The notes: generated by a model from the sequence alone, not told the origin. Positions 11,001-22,900 are shown, numbered from the stretch's first letter. The stretch: DNA of 64,000 nucleotides from Azolla caroliniana (GCA_043228905.1 JBHGNT010000020.1:4526001-4590000); one strand, 5' to 3'. Made by a program: numbers and translations.

Positions 11001-13784
11001 CAGCTCTACCAGCACCAAATTCATCTAAGTACTGACGCGAAACCCATCGCTCAACGTCGGTACCGGATGAATCCAAACTATGCGGCAAAGGTGAAGGAGG
11101 AAATTGACAAGCTTCTCCGGGTCGGATTTATCCGACCAGTCAAGCAGGCAACCTGGCTAAGCCCAATAGTGGTGGTCCCGAAAAAGAACGGCAAAATCCG
11201 GGTATGTGTGGACTACAGGAAACTAAATGCCGCGACAGTGACCGACGCTTTTCCACTACCATTCACGGACGGAGTGCTAGATGCGGTGGCCGGCCACGAA
11301 GTTTACAGCTTCCTGGATGGATTCAGCGGCTACAACCAAATCCGAATGAACCCGGCCGATCAAGAGAAAACAGCGTTCGTGACGGAATGGGGAGTGTTCG
11401 TCGCGGTCGTGATGATGTTCGGATTAAAGACAGCCCCTGCAACATTTCAAAGGATAATTATGGAAATCTTCGGTGATTTTATTCCCGGTTTTATGCAGGT
11501 CTTCCTAGACGATTTCGCCGTCTACAGCCGACACGGAGAGCATCTCGATCACCTACGACTATGCTTAGAAAAGTGCCGCGAGTACCGATTAAGTCTGAAC
11601 CCGGCTAAGTGCGTCTTTGGAGTTGCAAGCGGCAACTTGTTAGGCCACGTGGTGAGTCGGGAAGGAATCGCGGTAGATCCGGATAAGGTAAAAGCAATTC
11701 TCGACGCACCGGCACCGAATAGCGCAAAGGCTTTAAGCCGATTCCTTGGTCAAATAAGGTGGCATAGTCGGATGATACGGCACCTTGCCGACTTTGCTAC
11801 ACCATTGCACGCTGCTGTACATAGAGTACCTTTCCAATGGACAGAAACGGAGGAGAAAGCCTACCAAGCGTTGAAGGTCATGCTGTCACAAGCTCCGGTG
11901 GTGCAGCCGCCGGACTGGAGTAAAAGCTTTCACGTCTTCGTCGACGCGTCGGACGTAGCAATCGGCAGCGTTTTGATGCAACTCACGGAACCAAACTGGT
12001 ATCGGCCGGTGTACTACGCAAGCAGGAAACTCTCGAAAGCCGAATGGAACTACTCTACAACGGAACGAGAGGCATTAGGAATGGTGTACAGTGTCACAAA
12101 GTACAGGCACTATCTGCTCGGACGAAAGTTCTCCTTCCACGTTGACCACTCGGCACTACTCTACCTGGTCTCAAAGGCAGCCCTGACAGGAAAACTCGCA
12201 CGGTGGACGCTGCTATTACAGGAATTCGAATTCGATATTTTCCACCGACCCGGGGTGCAGCATGCGGTAGCAGACTACCTGAGCAGACTAGAATCCGGAG
12301 AATCAGGGGACGGCGTACAGGACGAATTTCCCAACACCGAGCTGTTTAAGGTCACGACGGCACCGGCAACGGAGACCACAGTAGCGGACGAAGACAAATG
12401 GTTAACCGAAATGCATCAGTTCCTGAGCACCGGAGTTCCCCCGGAAAATCTGGACCGAGACGAACGGAAAAGGATGGCAGTACGGAGCAGACATTTCTGC
12501 TTGGTAGGAGACACCCTCTATCACAAGGGGGCAGATGGCGTATGGAGGCGAGCAGTGCGGAGCGATGAAAAGGATCTGATCCTGAGGGAAGCCCACTGTG
12601 GAATTGCAGGCGGGCATTATGCCGGCGAAACAACAGCCCGGAAGATATGGCAGAGCGGACTATGGTGGCCGACTACCATGAGAGATGCCGTTAAGTATAG
12701 CAGGGAATGTGACCTGTGTCAACGACTGGGCCAACCCACGGAGCAGGCCCGGATGCCACATCACCCGGTCTTGCCATTAGAACCATTCCAAAAGTGGGGC
12801 TTGGACTTTGTCGGTCCATTCAAGCCACCGGCAATGCGGACCGGAAATCGGTATATAATAGTGGCTACCGACTACTGCACGAAATGGGTAGAAGCAAAGG
12901 CATTACGGGACAACACGGCGGCGTCCACGGCCAAATTTTTATATGAATGCATATGGTGTCGGTACGGATGCCCGATTGAGCTGATCAGTGACCAGGGAGG
13001 ACATTTCCTCGGGCAGGTGGTGGAAAGTTTGACATCATTCTATGCGGTAGTACACAAACGAAGCACTCCCTACTACCCTCAAGCCAACGGATTAGCGGAA
13101 TCAACAAACAAAACGCTACAGAACATCCTTAGAAAAATCGTCAATGAGAACCGGACCGACTGGGACACGAAGTTGCAGAGCGTGCTGTGGGCGTACCGAA
13201 CGGCGTACAAGACCAGCATCCGGACGACCCCGTTCCGACTGGCATTCGGCTTGGAAGCAGTCATGCCAGTAGAATTCCAAATTCCTAGCTTAAGAATACA
13301 GGTTAAGGAGCGGTTAAGCGAGAAGGAATCCGAACGAATCCGGCTGGCGATGCTGTTGGAACTGGAAGAGAATCGAATAGCCAGCCTGCTACAGCTAGAA
13401 CTAGAGCAAAGGAGGAGGAAAGCCTTTGTAGACCGACATCGGCGCGGTAACGAAAAGGAATTCGAAGTCGGGAAACCAGTATTGCTGTTCCAGACACGGA
13501 TGGGGAACATGCCGGGGAAATTGCGATTTCGATGGACAGGACCATTCTGGATCACAAAGGAGTACAATGGGTCTTACCAGCTCGGGACGTTGTCAGGAGA
13601 AGTTGTGGGCAAATGGGCAAATGGGTTTCGCCTAAAACCGTATAAGGGGCACATGCCAGCTAACCCCTTCAAGCAAGACCCGGAAATCCCGAATGCCGAG
13701 GCACCGACACCGACGCGTAACAACGACGAGGAACCGACAACAGTGCGCACCGACCCGAACACATCGGGGGGAACCGAACAATGA
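8001..13784 (+). CDS. gag-pol: Gag-Pol polyprotein of A1 (Gag, 3 CCHC knuckles, protease, RT, RNase H, integrase)
   Basis: Uninterrupted ORF with IIDGGSGVN, FLDD, VDASD, HHCC, WGLDFVGP and GPF motifs. No chromodomain. Confidence 0.96.
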   Translation: MSRQNNDHITERGRRHAERQRRREALQQAVDEIRRDRSFSKTLRQIAEDALQFQVLQASDEGSSITSLQEAETLLQTLAGGDGDAAAFATLEADSESGESVGSRYKSSHENNPFESDHSATSEPEEEITLEFGDRQSPRREERIPTPPAEEPQERLSTPPAEEPQERIPTPPAEEPQERLSTPPAEEPQERIPTPPAEEPQERRPTSEEPAQENQWDDTMPYPYPKYRDEPDGEAHVYAFLRTWEANHVSQRLTEPEADRSKVAEFGMTLEGPAARWHAKHLPGSFATFEALKTQFLRLFHRRVEQRELVGQFYTTRQGENETVPQFIIRFQTLHSQLARAPPEEEAKAVFLAALKDPLRAMCGILDFSTSTMDQVIDRVLEMDNTSPFLPMGALHQALPKEEDLRFRQALQCTTCLNSGHSTVDCTLRAQCMICNSRAHTTNRCEYNLLTRQAAPVRHIEPRNRDPEEDRFRRDDRYRRERGDRYPDRRRDSYDREENRRDSYPRDRYDRDESPEYERRREDRRPGNRNFRRNQRRGFFRREERREATRNDKPVAAPENRKTEDNRRGMPLPQTWEKGESSNTHRVYCYYCRKEGHYSNQCPSKTADKQPAVNMVTAEVQQVTTRSKGKAVEWEAQEAIRKQAAQWIKEANEQGAAEVRNQNMPREEEIVQPGENPTWQALQDCQIVLPLARLLQLVPRFTADLQAAVSKPTPTPAPAFFSNPEEGPAVVDTSSPAVTTIVKGKEIPGTIIDGGSGVNVISRQTCDDLGIQEWEPCPFWLHMADTSSVRPTGLIRDLEVTIGGHVFRISAVVLELNVQGAYPLLLGRPWLRTAHIKQNWQKNMITFRRGKTKVRVATQPRVLTSKEATPLYAKSINMLEGLPDEEVDRYLEEHPQIVPLFEVDITAAVEPYITMPDEPDKVAIRELRQAQEALEREMTISQRVKASQLEEVDLGTTEQPRPVKVAKELSKEEKQAMVALLTDFKDVFAWSYEDMRGLDPQLYQHQIHLSTDAKPIAQRRYRMNPNYAAKVKEEIDKLLRVGFIRPVKQATWLSPIVVVPKKNGKIRVCVDYRKLNAATVTDAFPLPFTDGVLDAVAGHEVYSFLDGFSGYNQIRMNPADQEKTAFVTEWGVFVAVVMMFGLKTAPATFQRIIMEIFGDFIPGFMQVFLDDFAVYSRHGEHLDHLRLCLEKCREYRLSLNPAKCVFGVASGNLLGHVVSREGIAVDPDKVKAILDAPAPNSAKALSRFLGQIRWHSRMIRHLADFATPLHAAVHRVPFQWTETEEKAYQALKVMLSQAPVVQPPDWSKSFHVFVDASDVAIGSVLMQLTEPNWYRPVYYASRKLSKAEWNYSTTEREALGMVYSVTKYRHYLLGRKFSFHVDHSALLYLVSKAALTGKLARWTLLLQEFEFDIFHRPGVQHAVADYLSRLESGESGDGVQDEFPNTELFKVTTAPATETTVADEDKWLTEMHQFLSTGVPPENLDRDERKRMAVRSRHFCLVGDTLYHKGADGVWRRAVRSDEKDLILREAHCGIAGGHYAGETTARKIWQSGLWWPTTMRDAVKYSRECDLCQRLGQPTEQARMPHHPVLPLEPFQKWGLDFVGPFKPPAMRTGNRYIIVATDYCTKWVEAKALRDNTAASTAKFLYECIWCRYGCPIELISDQGGHFLGQVVESLTSFYAVVHKRSTPYYPQANGLAESTNKTLQNILRKIVNENRTDWDTKLQSVLWAYRTAYKTSIRTTPFRLAFGLEAVMPVEFQIPSLRIQVKERLSEKESERIRLAMLLELEENRIASLLQLELEQRRRKAFVDRHRRGNEKEFEVGKPVLLFQTRMGNMPGKLRFRWTGPFWITKEYNGSYQLGTLSGEVVGKWANGFRLKPYKGHMPANPFKQDPEIPNAEAPTPTRNNDEEPTTVRTDPNTSGGTEQ

Positions 13785-13800
13785 TGCGGCATATGCTTAT

Positions 13801-13840
<40 letters not shown>

Positions 13841-14428
13841 ATGACGTGGAGCTACGGGTAGAAAAGTCAAGACAAGAAGATCAAGAAAATCATGGTAATG
13901 ATGAAGGAAGTAGTTACAACCGTCACACGGGTGCACGAGCTATTTAAAGCACAGAACGTGGGGGGGCACGAGGTACAGGACTTAATACGTGCGGCAATCA
14001 AGGAGTCATAATGACCGACACGTAGGAGATTCGACACACGCGGCAAAAAAGCGCAAGCAGGACACGCGGCAGCAAAGGACAGACATGCTATTCATGACAG
14101 AGCATGCGCAGGCGTCAAAAATAGGACATGCTATTCAGGACAGGGCATGCGCAGGCGCCAAAAATAGGACATGCTATTCGAGGCAGAGGACGTGCAGACG
14201 CCAAAATTAAAAAGTGAGATGCTAATTATGGCAGAAGATACGCACGCGCGAAAAACAGGAAAAGGCGGCTCGAGGGAAACGCCACTATATAAAGGAAGAA
14301 CCGGGGAAGGGTTCACTTTTTACGAATTTTCCCACAAGCAAACACAGGCTCAAGACAGCAAGATCCGACGCGCAGAACACCTACACCCCGACCTCAGACC
14401 ACAGGCAGCAGCAGACGAAGAAGAAGCG

Positions 14429-14878
14429 ATGGCACTGTCGGACGGAGCGCGACAATGGCTGACGGAGAACGGATTAGGAGGGCTGCTGCGGGTCGCTGAC
14501 GCTCCACCACACAAGGAACCAGAGCAGGCGGCAACCAACAATGCACCCCGACAAGAATTACCCGAGGAAGAACTTCCGGAGCAAGAGCAGGTTGATGCCG
14601 GGGATGATGCAGAGTGGAGACAGAGAAGTACCGAATCCGGGGAGGAAAGGACACAACCAGTGGAAACCGGAGAGAGCAATACCGGGAACGGAACGGAGGT
14701 AGAGCAGGACAGACCCGGACAGGATACAGAAGAAACACCGGTACCACCGGTACAAGCAGAGTCGGAGCAGCAAGATGCGAAAAGGCAGCCAATCCAATCG
14801 GAAGTCGGAGACGGCACAGGTAAAACAACACTTGAAACCTCTGAGCGGAGTTTGCTGGATAATTTGGAGGAAGACTGA
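14429..14878 (+). CDS. ORF2 of A1, in-frame deletion derivative (149 aa)
   Basis: N- and C-termini match A3 ORF2 and are fused at a CAAC microhomology. Confidence 0.8.
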   Translation: MALSDGARQWLTENGLGGLLRVADAPPHKEPEQAATNNAPRQELPEEELPEQEQVDAGDDAEWRQRSTESGEERTQPVETGESNTGNGTEVEQDRPGQDTEETPVPPVQAESEQQDAKRQPIQSEVGDGTGKTTLETSERSLLDNLEED

Positions 14879-14885
14879 AGCCGGC

Positions 14886-14926
14886 TGTGGGTTCGAAGTG
14901 CAATGCACTTTCCCACGGGCGTGCCA
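14886..14926 (+). other. tRNA-3'-end-like sequence / inverted PBS in place of a PPT (A1)
   Basis: TGTGGGTTCGA-hairpin-TCCCACGGGCGTGCCA, then TG and the LTR. Confidence 0.75.
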
Positions 14927-15299
14927 TGTGTTGGCCGGTCAGAGAAGGCAAATGGGAAAGCAAGGTCGGATCGGATAAATATAGAAATAGGAATAGAATT
15001 ATTAGGAGGGACGGATCCGGTAGTTGTAACCGATCCGGATCCGAACCGATTCGGTTTCGGTTAACGGTTGCCTACCGAGCACCGATTGTAATCTGGCCGG
15101 ATGCCTATAAAAGGATCCGATGTTTTGTAATGAAGTGGCGAAGAATTAATATAGTTTTGCTTATGCTGATTAATCTTGTCTTCGTCTGTGCTTAAGTGTA
15201 ATTATCATACGCGTGTATTAACATCCTATCCCTACCACCCCTTTGGAGAAGTGTCGGATAGACACCTGTGTTGCGGCTAGTCCAGCCATACATACAACA

Positions 15300-16036
15300 A
15301 GAAGATGAATTGGATGCTCCTCGTATTGATTTCTTCCAACACGTTTCCTGCATAAATCCTTTTTATTGGGTGAAACCCTACTCTCATTAGTCCAAAACAT
15401 TGTGATTACATCCTTGATTTCAAATGTTATGGGTGTCATTGGCTTACATCTTGTAGTTAGCTTTAGTAGACTAGTTCCTTCACCCGAGGAAATTATACGG
15501 TTCATTGTATTGTACACTGTTTTTCTACTAACACCAATTACCTTAGATAGCTCACTGATGTTTATATCGTCAACATCACTATTAAGTAACATCATTAGAC
15601 TAGAAATTTTTAAGACAAGATCATCTTCTGACCTGCTCATGGATACGAAACTATTACGAAGATTATTTACTAAAATAGATGATATGTTTGCATTAAGACC
15701 ATCACAATCAACTAAGTCCTTTATCGATGGATCATTACATATTCCATAAAGTACTACCTTCTTTTCTTCATTGCTGATGTGCTTGGTTTGAACATTGAAA
15801 TAGTCTACAACCTTTCTCTCTATGATGGTAGTCACATTACTTACATTCTCAGCTAAACTATCCTTACCTTTACTGAGTGTGGCTTTCGTATCCTTCAACA
15901 ATTGACGATGTTTCCTTTTTTTTTCTGCCCAATAGTTTCGTATGGCTTGTTGTGTCCTGATAGCATCATCCCTATCCTTATGATCATTGAGGGGTAATTC
16001 TAAACACCCTTCTTCCCCTTCCATTTGGCTGGACAT
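15300..16036 (-). pseudogene. D1 transposase exon 1 (continues at 7572-7560 on the other side of A1)
   Basis: ORF MSSQMEGE...FWTNESRVSPNKKD...HPIHLL continues as DVPQ|GT once A1 and one TSD copy are removed. Confidence 0.78.
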
Positions 16037-16329
16037 GTTAAAACCCTAAATTTCAAGAAAAAAAACAAGTATTTAAGATGGCTATGGGCAACAACAATAC
16101 ACAAAAATATTCTACAATACACAAGATTAGACACAACAATACACAAGATAATCAATAGACAGAAAAGTTATTGCAATCCAAGACCGAACAATAGAGGAGT
16201 TCACTCCGTTGGATCGAACAGTTGAGGAGGCGATCCAAGACCGACCAATGGTGACAACTGAGTGTAGAATGTTGCCGTTGGATGAGTGAACTCCGTCAAA
16301 TCGAAATGTGGAAGCAATCCGGGACTGGA

Positions 16330-17020
16330 CAGTAGCGGCAATTGAGTATAGAATGATGGCAATGGAGGAGAGAACCCCGTCAGATTGAACAGTTACCGAT
16401 GATGCTTGGAACGCACATAGAAGGCACCTGAGAGTAGAGTGGCACAGAGAAGAGAACCCCGTCAGATTGAACAGTTACCAATGATGCTTGGAACGCACAG
16501 TAGTGGCCCCTGAGTGTAGAGTGGCACAGAGAAGAGAACCCCATCAGATTGAACAGTTACCAATGATGCTTGGAACGCACAGTAGCGGCCCCTGAGTGTA
16601 GAGTGGCAAAGAGAAGAGAACCCCGTCAGATTGAACAGCTCTTTGATGATGCTTGGAACGCATAGTAGCGGCCCCTGAGTGTAGAGTGGCATAGAGAAGA
16701 GAACCCCGTCAGATTGAACAACTCTTTGATGATGCTTGGAACGCACAGTAGCGGCCCCTGAGTGTAGAGTGGCACAGAGAAGAGAACCCCGTCAGATTGA
16801 ACAGCTCTTTGATGATGCTTGGAACGCACAGTAGCGGCCCCTGAGTGTAGAGTGGCACAGAGAAGAGAACCCCGTCAGATTGAACAGCTCTTTGATGATG
16901 CTTGGAATGCACAGTAGCGGCCCCTGAGTGTAGAGTGTCACAAAGAAGAGAACCCCGTCAGATTGAGCAGCTCTTTGATGATGCTTGGAATGCATAGTAG
17001 CGGCCCCTCAGTGTAGAGTG
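16330..17020. repeat. 83-bp tandem repeat array (about 8 copies, plus degenerate copies from about 16200)
   Basis: Unit GTCAGATTGAACAGCTCTTTGATGATGCTTGGAACGCACAGTAGCGGCCCCTGAGTGTAGAGTGGCACAGAGAAGAGAACCCC. Confidence 0.95.
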
Positions 17021-17375
17021 GTGGCAGGTGGACTTGATAGGGTTTAGCAACAGTGGTAGCAACTAACCCACAATACTCAACTAGAGATGGCCTACGTGAT
17101 GTGGCAAAGGATCATGCATAATGGACCTAGGAATTCGATATATAATTTATGGTACACATTTATGGTGCACACATCAATTTATGTTGCACATTTATGGCAC
17201 TCATTTACATATGTAATTAAAACACTCTAGTATTTTCAATGGTAGTTTTTTGCATACTTAATTTATTAATGATGGCTTTTTACTAAAATGACTATTTATC
17301 AATGGTAGCTTTTTGCATAGCTAATTAGCTATGTCAAGGACATAGCTAATTGTTTCCACTCGCATGCTTTCACCC

Positions 17376-17492
17376 CTATATAAGGAGGCACAAGGCATTA
17401 TTTCGAACCAAATCGGTTCAACGCCAGTCTTAAGCCTCCTAGCTATCCTTTTATATTCTTTCTACATAATATATCTTTTGTCATCGTCATTC

Positions 17493-17523
<31 letters not shown>

Positions 17524-17618
17524 CTCTCTCGTGTTCTACACCCTCTTTTCCTCTTATTACTAATCTAACTTCATCTCTTAGTACTAATCTTCTCTGTGTC
17601 TCAGTACTATTCATGACA
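17376..17618 (+). repeat. B1 5' LTR, R/U5 part, followed by self-priming-type PBS TTGAACCAATTT
   Basis: Ends TCATGACA and aligns with the B3 LTR. Confidence 0.85.
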
Positions 17619-17713
17619 ATTTGAACCAATTTCTCTCCTTCCTCCTCTTTCTTTTATCTTCTTACTTCTCCCTCCCTTCATACTAATATCTTATTCCTCT
17701 TTTCTCTCATACT

Positions 17714-18300
17714 ATGGCCATTGTTAGCGCTCAAGCATATCAATCCATTTTGTCGGAGTTGCAATGCTTGAAAGAGAAGTTTCTTGCACTGAAATAAGAA
17801 AATCAACAATTGTGGGGGGATCTTCAACAAATCTCCTTAGAAAAGAAGCAAACACAATAATAACATGGGGAAGTAGCATTACGCGTGCAATAGCTCGAAG
17901 CGACCATTGTAGCGTTGCAACAACAAGGACCAAATATGCAAGGGATTCATAAAGAACCCAAGATCGACCTTCCTATGAAATTCGATGGAACGCGATCATA
18001 GTTAAGAGGATTCCTTAATCAGGTACAATTAGCCATTCCAATGCATCCTTCCAGATATCCCACCAATGCATCACGAGTGGGTCTAATAGGCACGTTGTTC
18101 AATGGCTCAACTTTGGCATGGTTTGCTCTGTTGTTAGAAAAGGAATCTCCATTACCAAACAATTTTGAAGAGTTTATAAGTGAGTTTAAAGCCTGTTTTG
18201 GAGATATTGATAGCATCCGGACAGCAATCAACAAAATCTGACGATTACGTCAAGGTGACCGTCCAGTCTCTGCATATGCTGCAAATTTCCGTCTACTCGC
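17714..18300 (+). pseudogene. gag: B1 gag, 5' part (resumes at 34403)
   Basis: HPSRYPTNASRVGLIGTL...FKACFGD, homologous to B2/B3 Gag. Confidence 0.88.
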
Positions 18301-18821
18301 TGTCATGACGACATACATTTTGGCCTTACAAGGATTCGAGCCCAAGACGTCTTGGTCTATATGTTCGACCTTTAACCATTATACTAACATATATGATGTA
18401 TAGTTATGATAAATGTATTATTAGTTATTACAAGATATTTAGAGTATTCTAGAACATTCTAGAGTATTCCAGAACATTCTAGGATATTCCATTATTATAT
18501 TAAATATCTAAAATATTCTAGAACATTCTAGAATACTCCATAAGGACCTATAAATAGGTGTCTATTCATTCATCACAACTCATTCGGTTCAACACCAGTT
18601 TGTAGCCCCTTAGCGTACTCTTTGTAATCCTTGCTCTCTTATAATATAAACTCTCTTTCCATTTCTAGTGTTCTTTCTCTCTCTCTCTCTCTCTCCCTCT
18701 ACCTTCTATTGTCGTTTTATTTTTCTCTCTCCTAATCTCAAGTCATGACTAACTCTTTTCTTCTTCTCCAACTTCTTCTTCTTATCTATTCAGGCAAATC
18801 TAGCAATTTTCTATCGCAACT

Positions 18822-19943
18822 ATGGAGTCCATTAGCAAGCAAGAATATATGCGTGTTCTCTCCGAGCTCAAAATGCTAACAACCAAATTCATGGCACTAG
18901 AGCATGAAAATCAAAGATTGCTGGGAGACCTACAACAAGTAAGTGCTGAGAAAGTACAACAATATGAAGAATTATCTCAATGGGTGCATCAATTGGAGAC
19001 TACTCTATTACAACGACAAGCGGCGGAAGTTCAAACCTCGCCGAAGGAACCCAAGATTAGTCTGTCGGCCAAGTTTGATAGTACAAGGTCTCAATTTCGT
19101 AGATTTTTAAATCGGGTATGGCTTGTGATGAAATTGCATCCTAGTCGTTACCCAACTGATGTTGCTCGTGTGGGTCTAGTTGGTACCTTGTTAACGGGTA
19201 CTGCATTAGCGTGGTTTATACCACTCCTAGAGAAGCGCTCACCATTATTAAAAGATTTTGAAGGGTTTATTAATGAGTTCGAAGACAACTTTGGAGACAC
19301 TGATAGTATGAGGACTACAATAAACAAAATTCGGCGATCACGACAAGGAGATCGTCCTGATTCCACTTATGATGCAGATTTTCGCCTTCTAGCATGTGAT
19401 ATTCCATGGGATGAGGCGGCATTAACGGACCAATTTTGTCAAGGTCTACGCAATGATGTGAAGGATTTACTTCTTACCTTCCATGATGATCCAAAATCTC
19501 TTACTGAAGCAGTAAGTCGGGCCGTGCGTTGTGACAATCTCTTATTTGAGCGGCGTTCTAAGTGCCAACAAATGTTACGCTTCTGACCAACAGAAACATA
19601 TGCTTCGGTGGTTGCAACTCCACCCCAAGTATCAAAGTCAAGTGTGGTGGAAGGCCCTACTCCAATGGAAATCGAGACAACACGATGTCGAGGACCATTA
19701 TCGGATGCTGAAAAGCAACGACGGCGAGCGAATCGTTTATAATGCCTCTATTGTGGTGGTTCAGGGCATATTGTTGTGAATTATCCACATAAACCACGAC
19801 GAAAAGTTAACCAAGTAAGTGCTCATGACAATCCCATCTCAATTTCTTCCCCGTCTTATCGTAACCCAAGTAGGCATAGTAGTTCCTATCATAAAAATAC
19901 ATTTGATGTCTTGAGTCAATTAGATGATGTGTTAAACAAGTAA
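18822..19943 (+). pseudogene. gag: B2 gag
   Basis: Retrotransposon Gag with PMEI and a CLYCGGSGH knuckle. Internal stop and frameshift. Confidence 0.88.
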
Positions 19944-22900
19944 GTCCGGCAAAAATCGGAGCCATTTGGTTGGACAGCCCTAGGCATGTAACGTCTGTCT
20001 CTAGTTGTGGTTCCATTTCATCCGGTCAAGTTAGTCGATTTTTCTCTGCACAAGTTGAGCTTAACACATCTAGGTGCCATCGATTCTAGCTTCTGCCCTC
20101 TTAGACTCTGGAGCCAACTCTTGTTTCATGGATCGTGAGTTTGTTGTAATGCATAATATTCAGTTGCATAAGCTCCCAAGCCCAGTGTCAGTCAGAGTAA
20201 TTGATGGATGCCCCATAGCATCAGTTGATATAGTCGAAGAGTTTGAACCAATTCATGTAGTCCTAGGCAATTTGGCTAGTGTCATCTCATTCAATGTCAT
20301 TAGTAGTCCAGAGCACTCCCTAGTTCTTGGTTTTCCATGGTTTGAGCTACATAACCCATCTATTGATTGGAGAAAAAGAACCATTGAAGAGGTCACAATA
20401 CAGTCTGAGCCTCTTAAAACTCCAACAAAGGATATGACATTCCAAAAGATTTCGACAATCTCTATACATCAATTACGTGAGGAAGGACGGAAGGAAGACA
20501 TGTTGGTGTTCGCAGTTTTAGCAACTCCCACATCGAGCTCACAAGAATTGGGGGTTGAACTACCAAAGAAATATATATAATTCTCCAATGTGTTTGATAA
20601 GGTGAAGGCCAATAGACTACCAGAGCATCGACCATATGATTGCCCGATTGATTTGCAACCCGGAAATATATAGAATCGGGGGTCCAACTACCGAAGAAAT
20701 ATATAGAATTCTCCGATGTGTTTGATAAGGTGAAGGCCAATAGACTACTAGAGCATCGACCATATGATTGCCCGATTGATTTGCAGCTCGGAAAAGAGCC
20801 TCCATGGGGGCCAATTTATAACCTTTCACCCACGGAGTTAGAGGTTCTTCGGGAATATATCGATGAGAACTTGGCGAATGGGTTTATCCAGCATTCAAGA
20901 TCTCCTGCTAGCGCACCCATATTTTTCGTTAAGAAGAAAGTTGGTTCGCTTCGTCTGGTCGTGGATTATCGAGGATTGAATAAAGTAACTATTCGAAACC
21001 GATATGCTCTACCATTGATTTCGAGCCTTCTGGAACGCCTCAATGGAGCTAAGTATTTCACAAAGTTAGATCTTCGAGGTGCTTACAATCTTGTTCGAAT
21101 TCGTCCTGGGGATGAATGGAAGACTGCTTTCCGTACTCGCTATGACCATTTTGAGTATACAATGATGCCATTTGGTCTCACGAATGCACCAACCATTTTC
21201 CAACATATGGCGAATGACATTTTTCGAGATTTCCTCGATATTTTCGTCATAATTTACCTAGATGATATCTTGATCTACTCAAAAACTCAAGAGGATCATG
21301 ATATACACGTTCAACAAGCTTTACAACAGTTGCGTGAATATGGTCTCTATGCAAAATTGGAGAAGTGCAGTTTCGACCAGTGTCAAGTGGAATTTTTGGG
21401 GTACATAGTCTCTTCACATGGCATCTCTATGGATCTAGCAAAGGTTCAAACAATTTTGGATTGGCAAACACCACAGTCTGTGTGAGATGTACAATGTTTT
21501 TTAGGGTTCACAAACTTTTATCGCAAGTTCATCAAAGATTATTCAAAGATCGTATTTGCCCTCACTCAACTGACATAGAAGAATCAACCATTTGTGTGGA
21601 GTATAAATGCAAACTCTGCATTTCAAGGATTAAAGCAAGCATTTACATCCGCACCAATTTTGATGCATGTTGATCCATTGAAACGCTTTATAGTGGAAGC
21701 TGATGCATCAGACTTCGCACTAGGAAGCATATTATCCCAGATTAGCAATGATGGCCAACTGCACCCTATGGCTTTTCATTCACGGAAATTCGAAGCTGCA
21801 GAAATCAACTATGAGATTCACGACAAAGAGCTTCTTGCCATTGTGGATTCTTTTCAACAATGGCATCATTTTTTGGAGGGTTCATCTCAACAAATCATAG
21901 TCTATAATGATCACAAAAATCTAACGTACTTCCAAAGTGCTCGAGTCTTGAGTCGTCGACAAGCTCGTTGGGCACAATTTTTAACTCTTTTCACTTCATA
22001 ATTCTATATCGCCCTGGGACGCAACAAGGAAAAGCAGATACTTTATCTCGGCATTCATATATGGAACTTCAACCAGGAGAGGCCGCATTTGAAAGTCAAA
22101 AGCAAATCCTCTTGGGTCTTGACCGTCTACGACTAATGGATTTTCATGCTATAGACACACCCGGGGATTGAAGTCTTCTAGACTTCATTCAGGAGTATAT
22201 TGAGACTAATGAATTCGCCCAAGATATTCTGAACCATATTATCCCAGATCGTGCTTCTTGTTCACAATCTCAAAATCCTCGTGAAGACTACAACCAGTTC
22301 AATTGGCATGATGGTTTACTTTTTCAACAAAAACTCTTATATGTGCCTGATGGTCCTTCTCGACTCCAAGTCTTGCAACAATGTCATGACACACCAATGG
22401 CTGGACATTTCGGCATCCACAAGACTTTGGCATTAATTTCTCGAAGGTGTTGGTGGCCACGACTTCGCCATTTTGTTACGGATTATGTTCGTAGTTGTGA
22501 TACATGTTGCCGATCCAAAAAACCTCGACATCATCCATATGGCTTATTATAGCCAGTCCATGGAAATCTATTTCATTCGACTTCATTACGGATCTACCAC
22601 CTTCCAAGGGTTTTGATTCTATTCTCACGGTAGTAGATCATTTTACCAAGATCGCACATTTTCTTCCCTGCACAAAGGCTATTACGAACCAAGAGACAGC
22701 CGAGTTACTCATGCGAGAGGTGTTTCAGCATCATGGTCTTCCTGATGATATTATTAGTGATCGGGGTCCTCAGTTCATCTCAAAATTTTGGCGGCACATG
22801 TTCAAACTCTTACATACTTCTTGCAAACTCTCTTCCGGCTATCATCCAGAAACTAACGGACAGAGTGAGCACACCAACCACACAGTAGAACAATATCTTC

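Larger units (their letters stand above)
7578..15299 (+). mobile_element. Ty3/gypsy non-chromovirus LTR retrotransposon A1 (gag-pol open, ORF2 internally deleted)
   Basis: 371-bp LTRs 7578-7948 and 14929-15299 (one difference seen), TSD AGAAG, PBS TGGCGACCACG 7955-7965. Confidence 0.97.
4757..17375. mobile_element. Sola2-like DNA transposon D1 (about 4.9 kb without A1), internally deleted
   Basis: 25-bp TIRs GGGT(A/G)AAAGCATGCGAGTGGAAACA (4757-4781, 17351-17375), 4-bp TSD CTAT (4753-4756, 17376-17379), GGG...CCC termini, transposase-like exons. Confidence 0.82.

Noticed and set aside
14941-14966. Purine-rich AGAGAAGGCAAATGGGAAAG as the missing PPT of family A
   Set aside because: It lies inside the LTR as defined by the TSDs, so it cannot set the LTR 5' boundary.
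15218-15299. C-terminal VVCMAGLAATQ... of the 272-aa ORF
   Set aside because: This is read-through into the A1 LTR. The real exon continues at 7572-7560.
16330-17020. 83-bp repeats as a CRISPR array, or the repeated 67-94-aa ORFs as genes
   Set aside because: The units are head-to-tail with no unique spacers, there are no cas genes, and the context is a eukaryotic TE. The ORFs are repeat artefacts.
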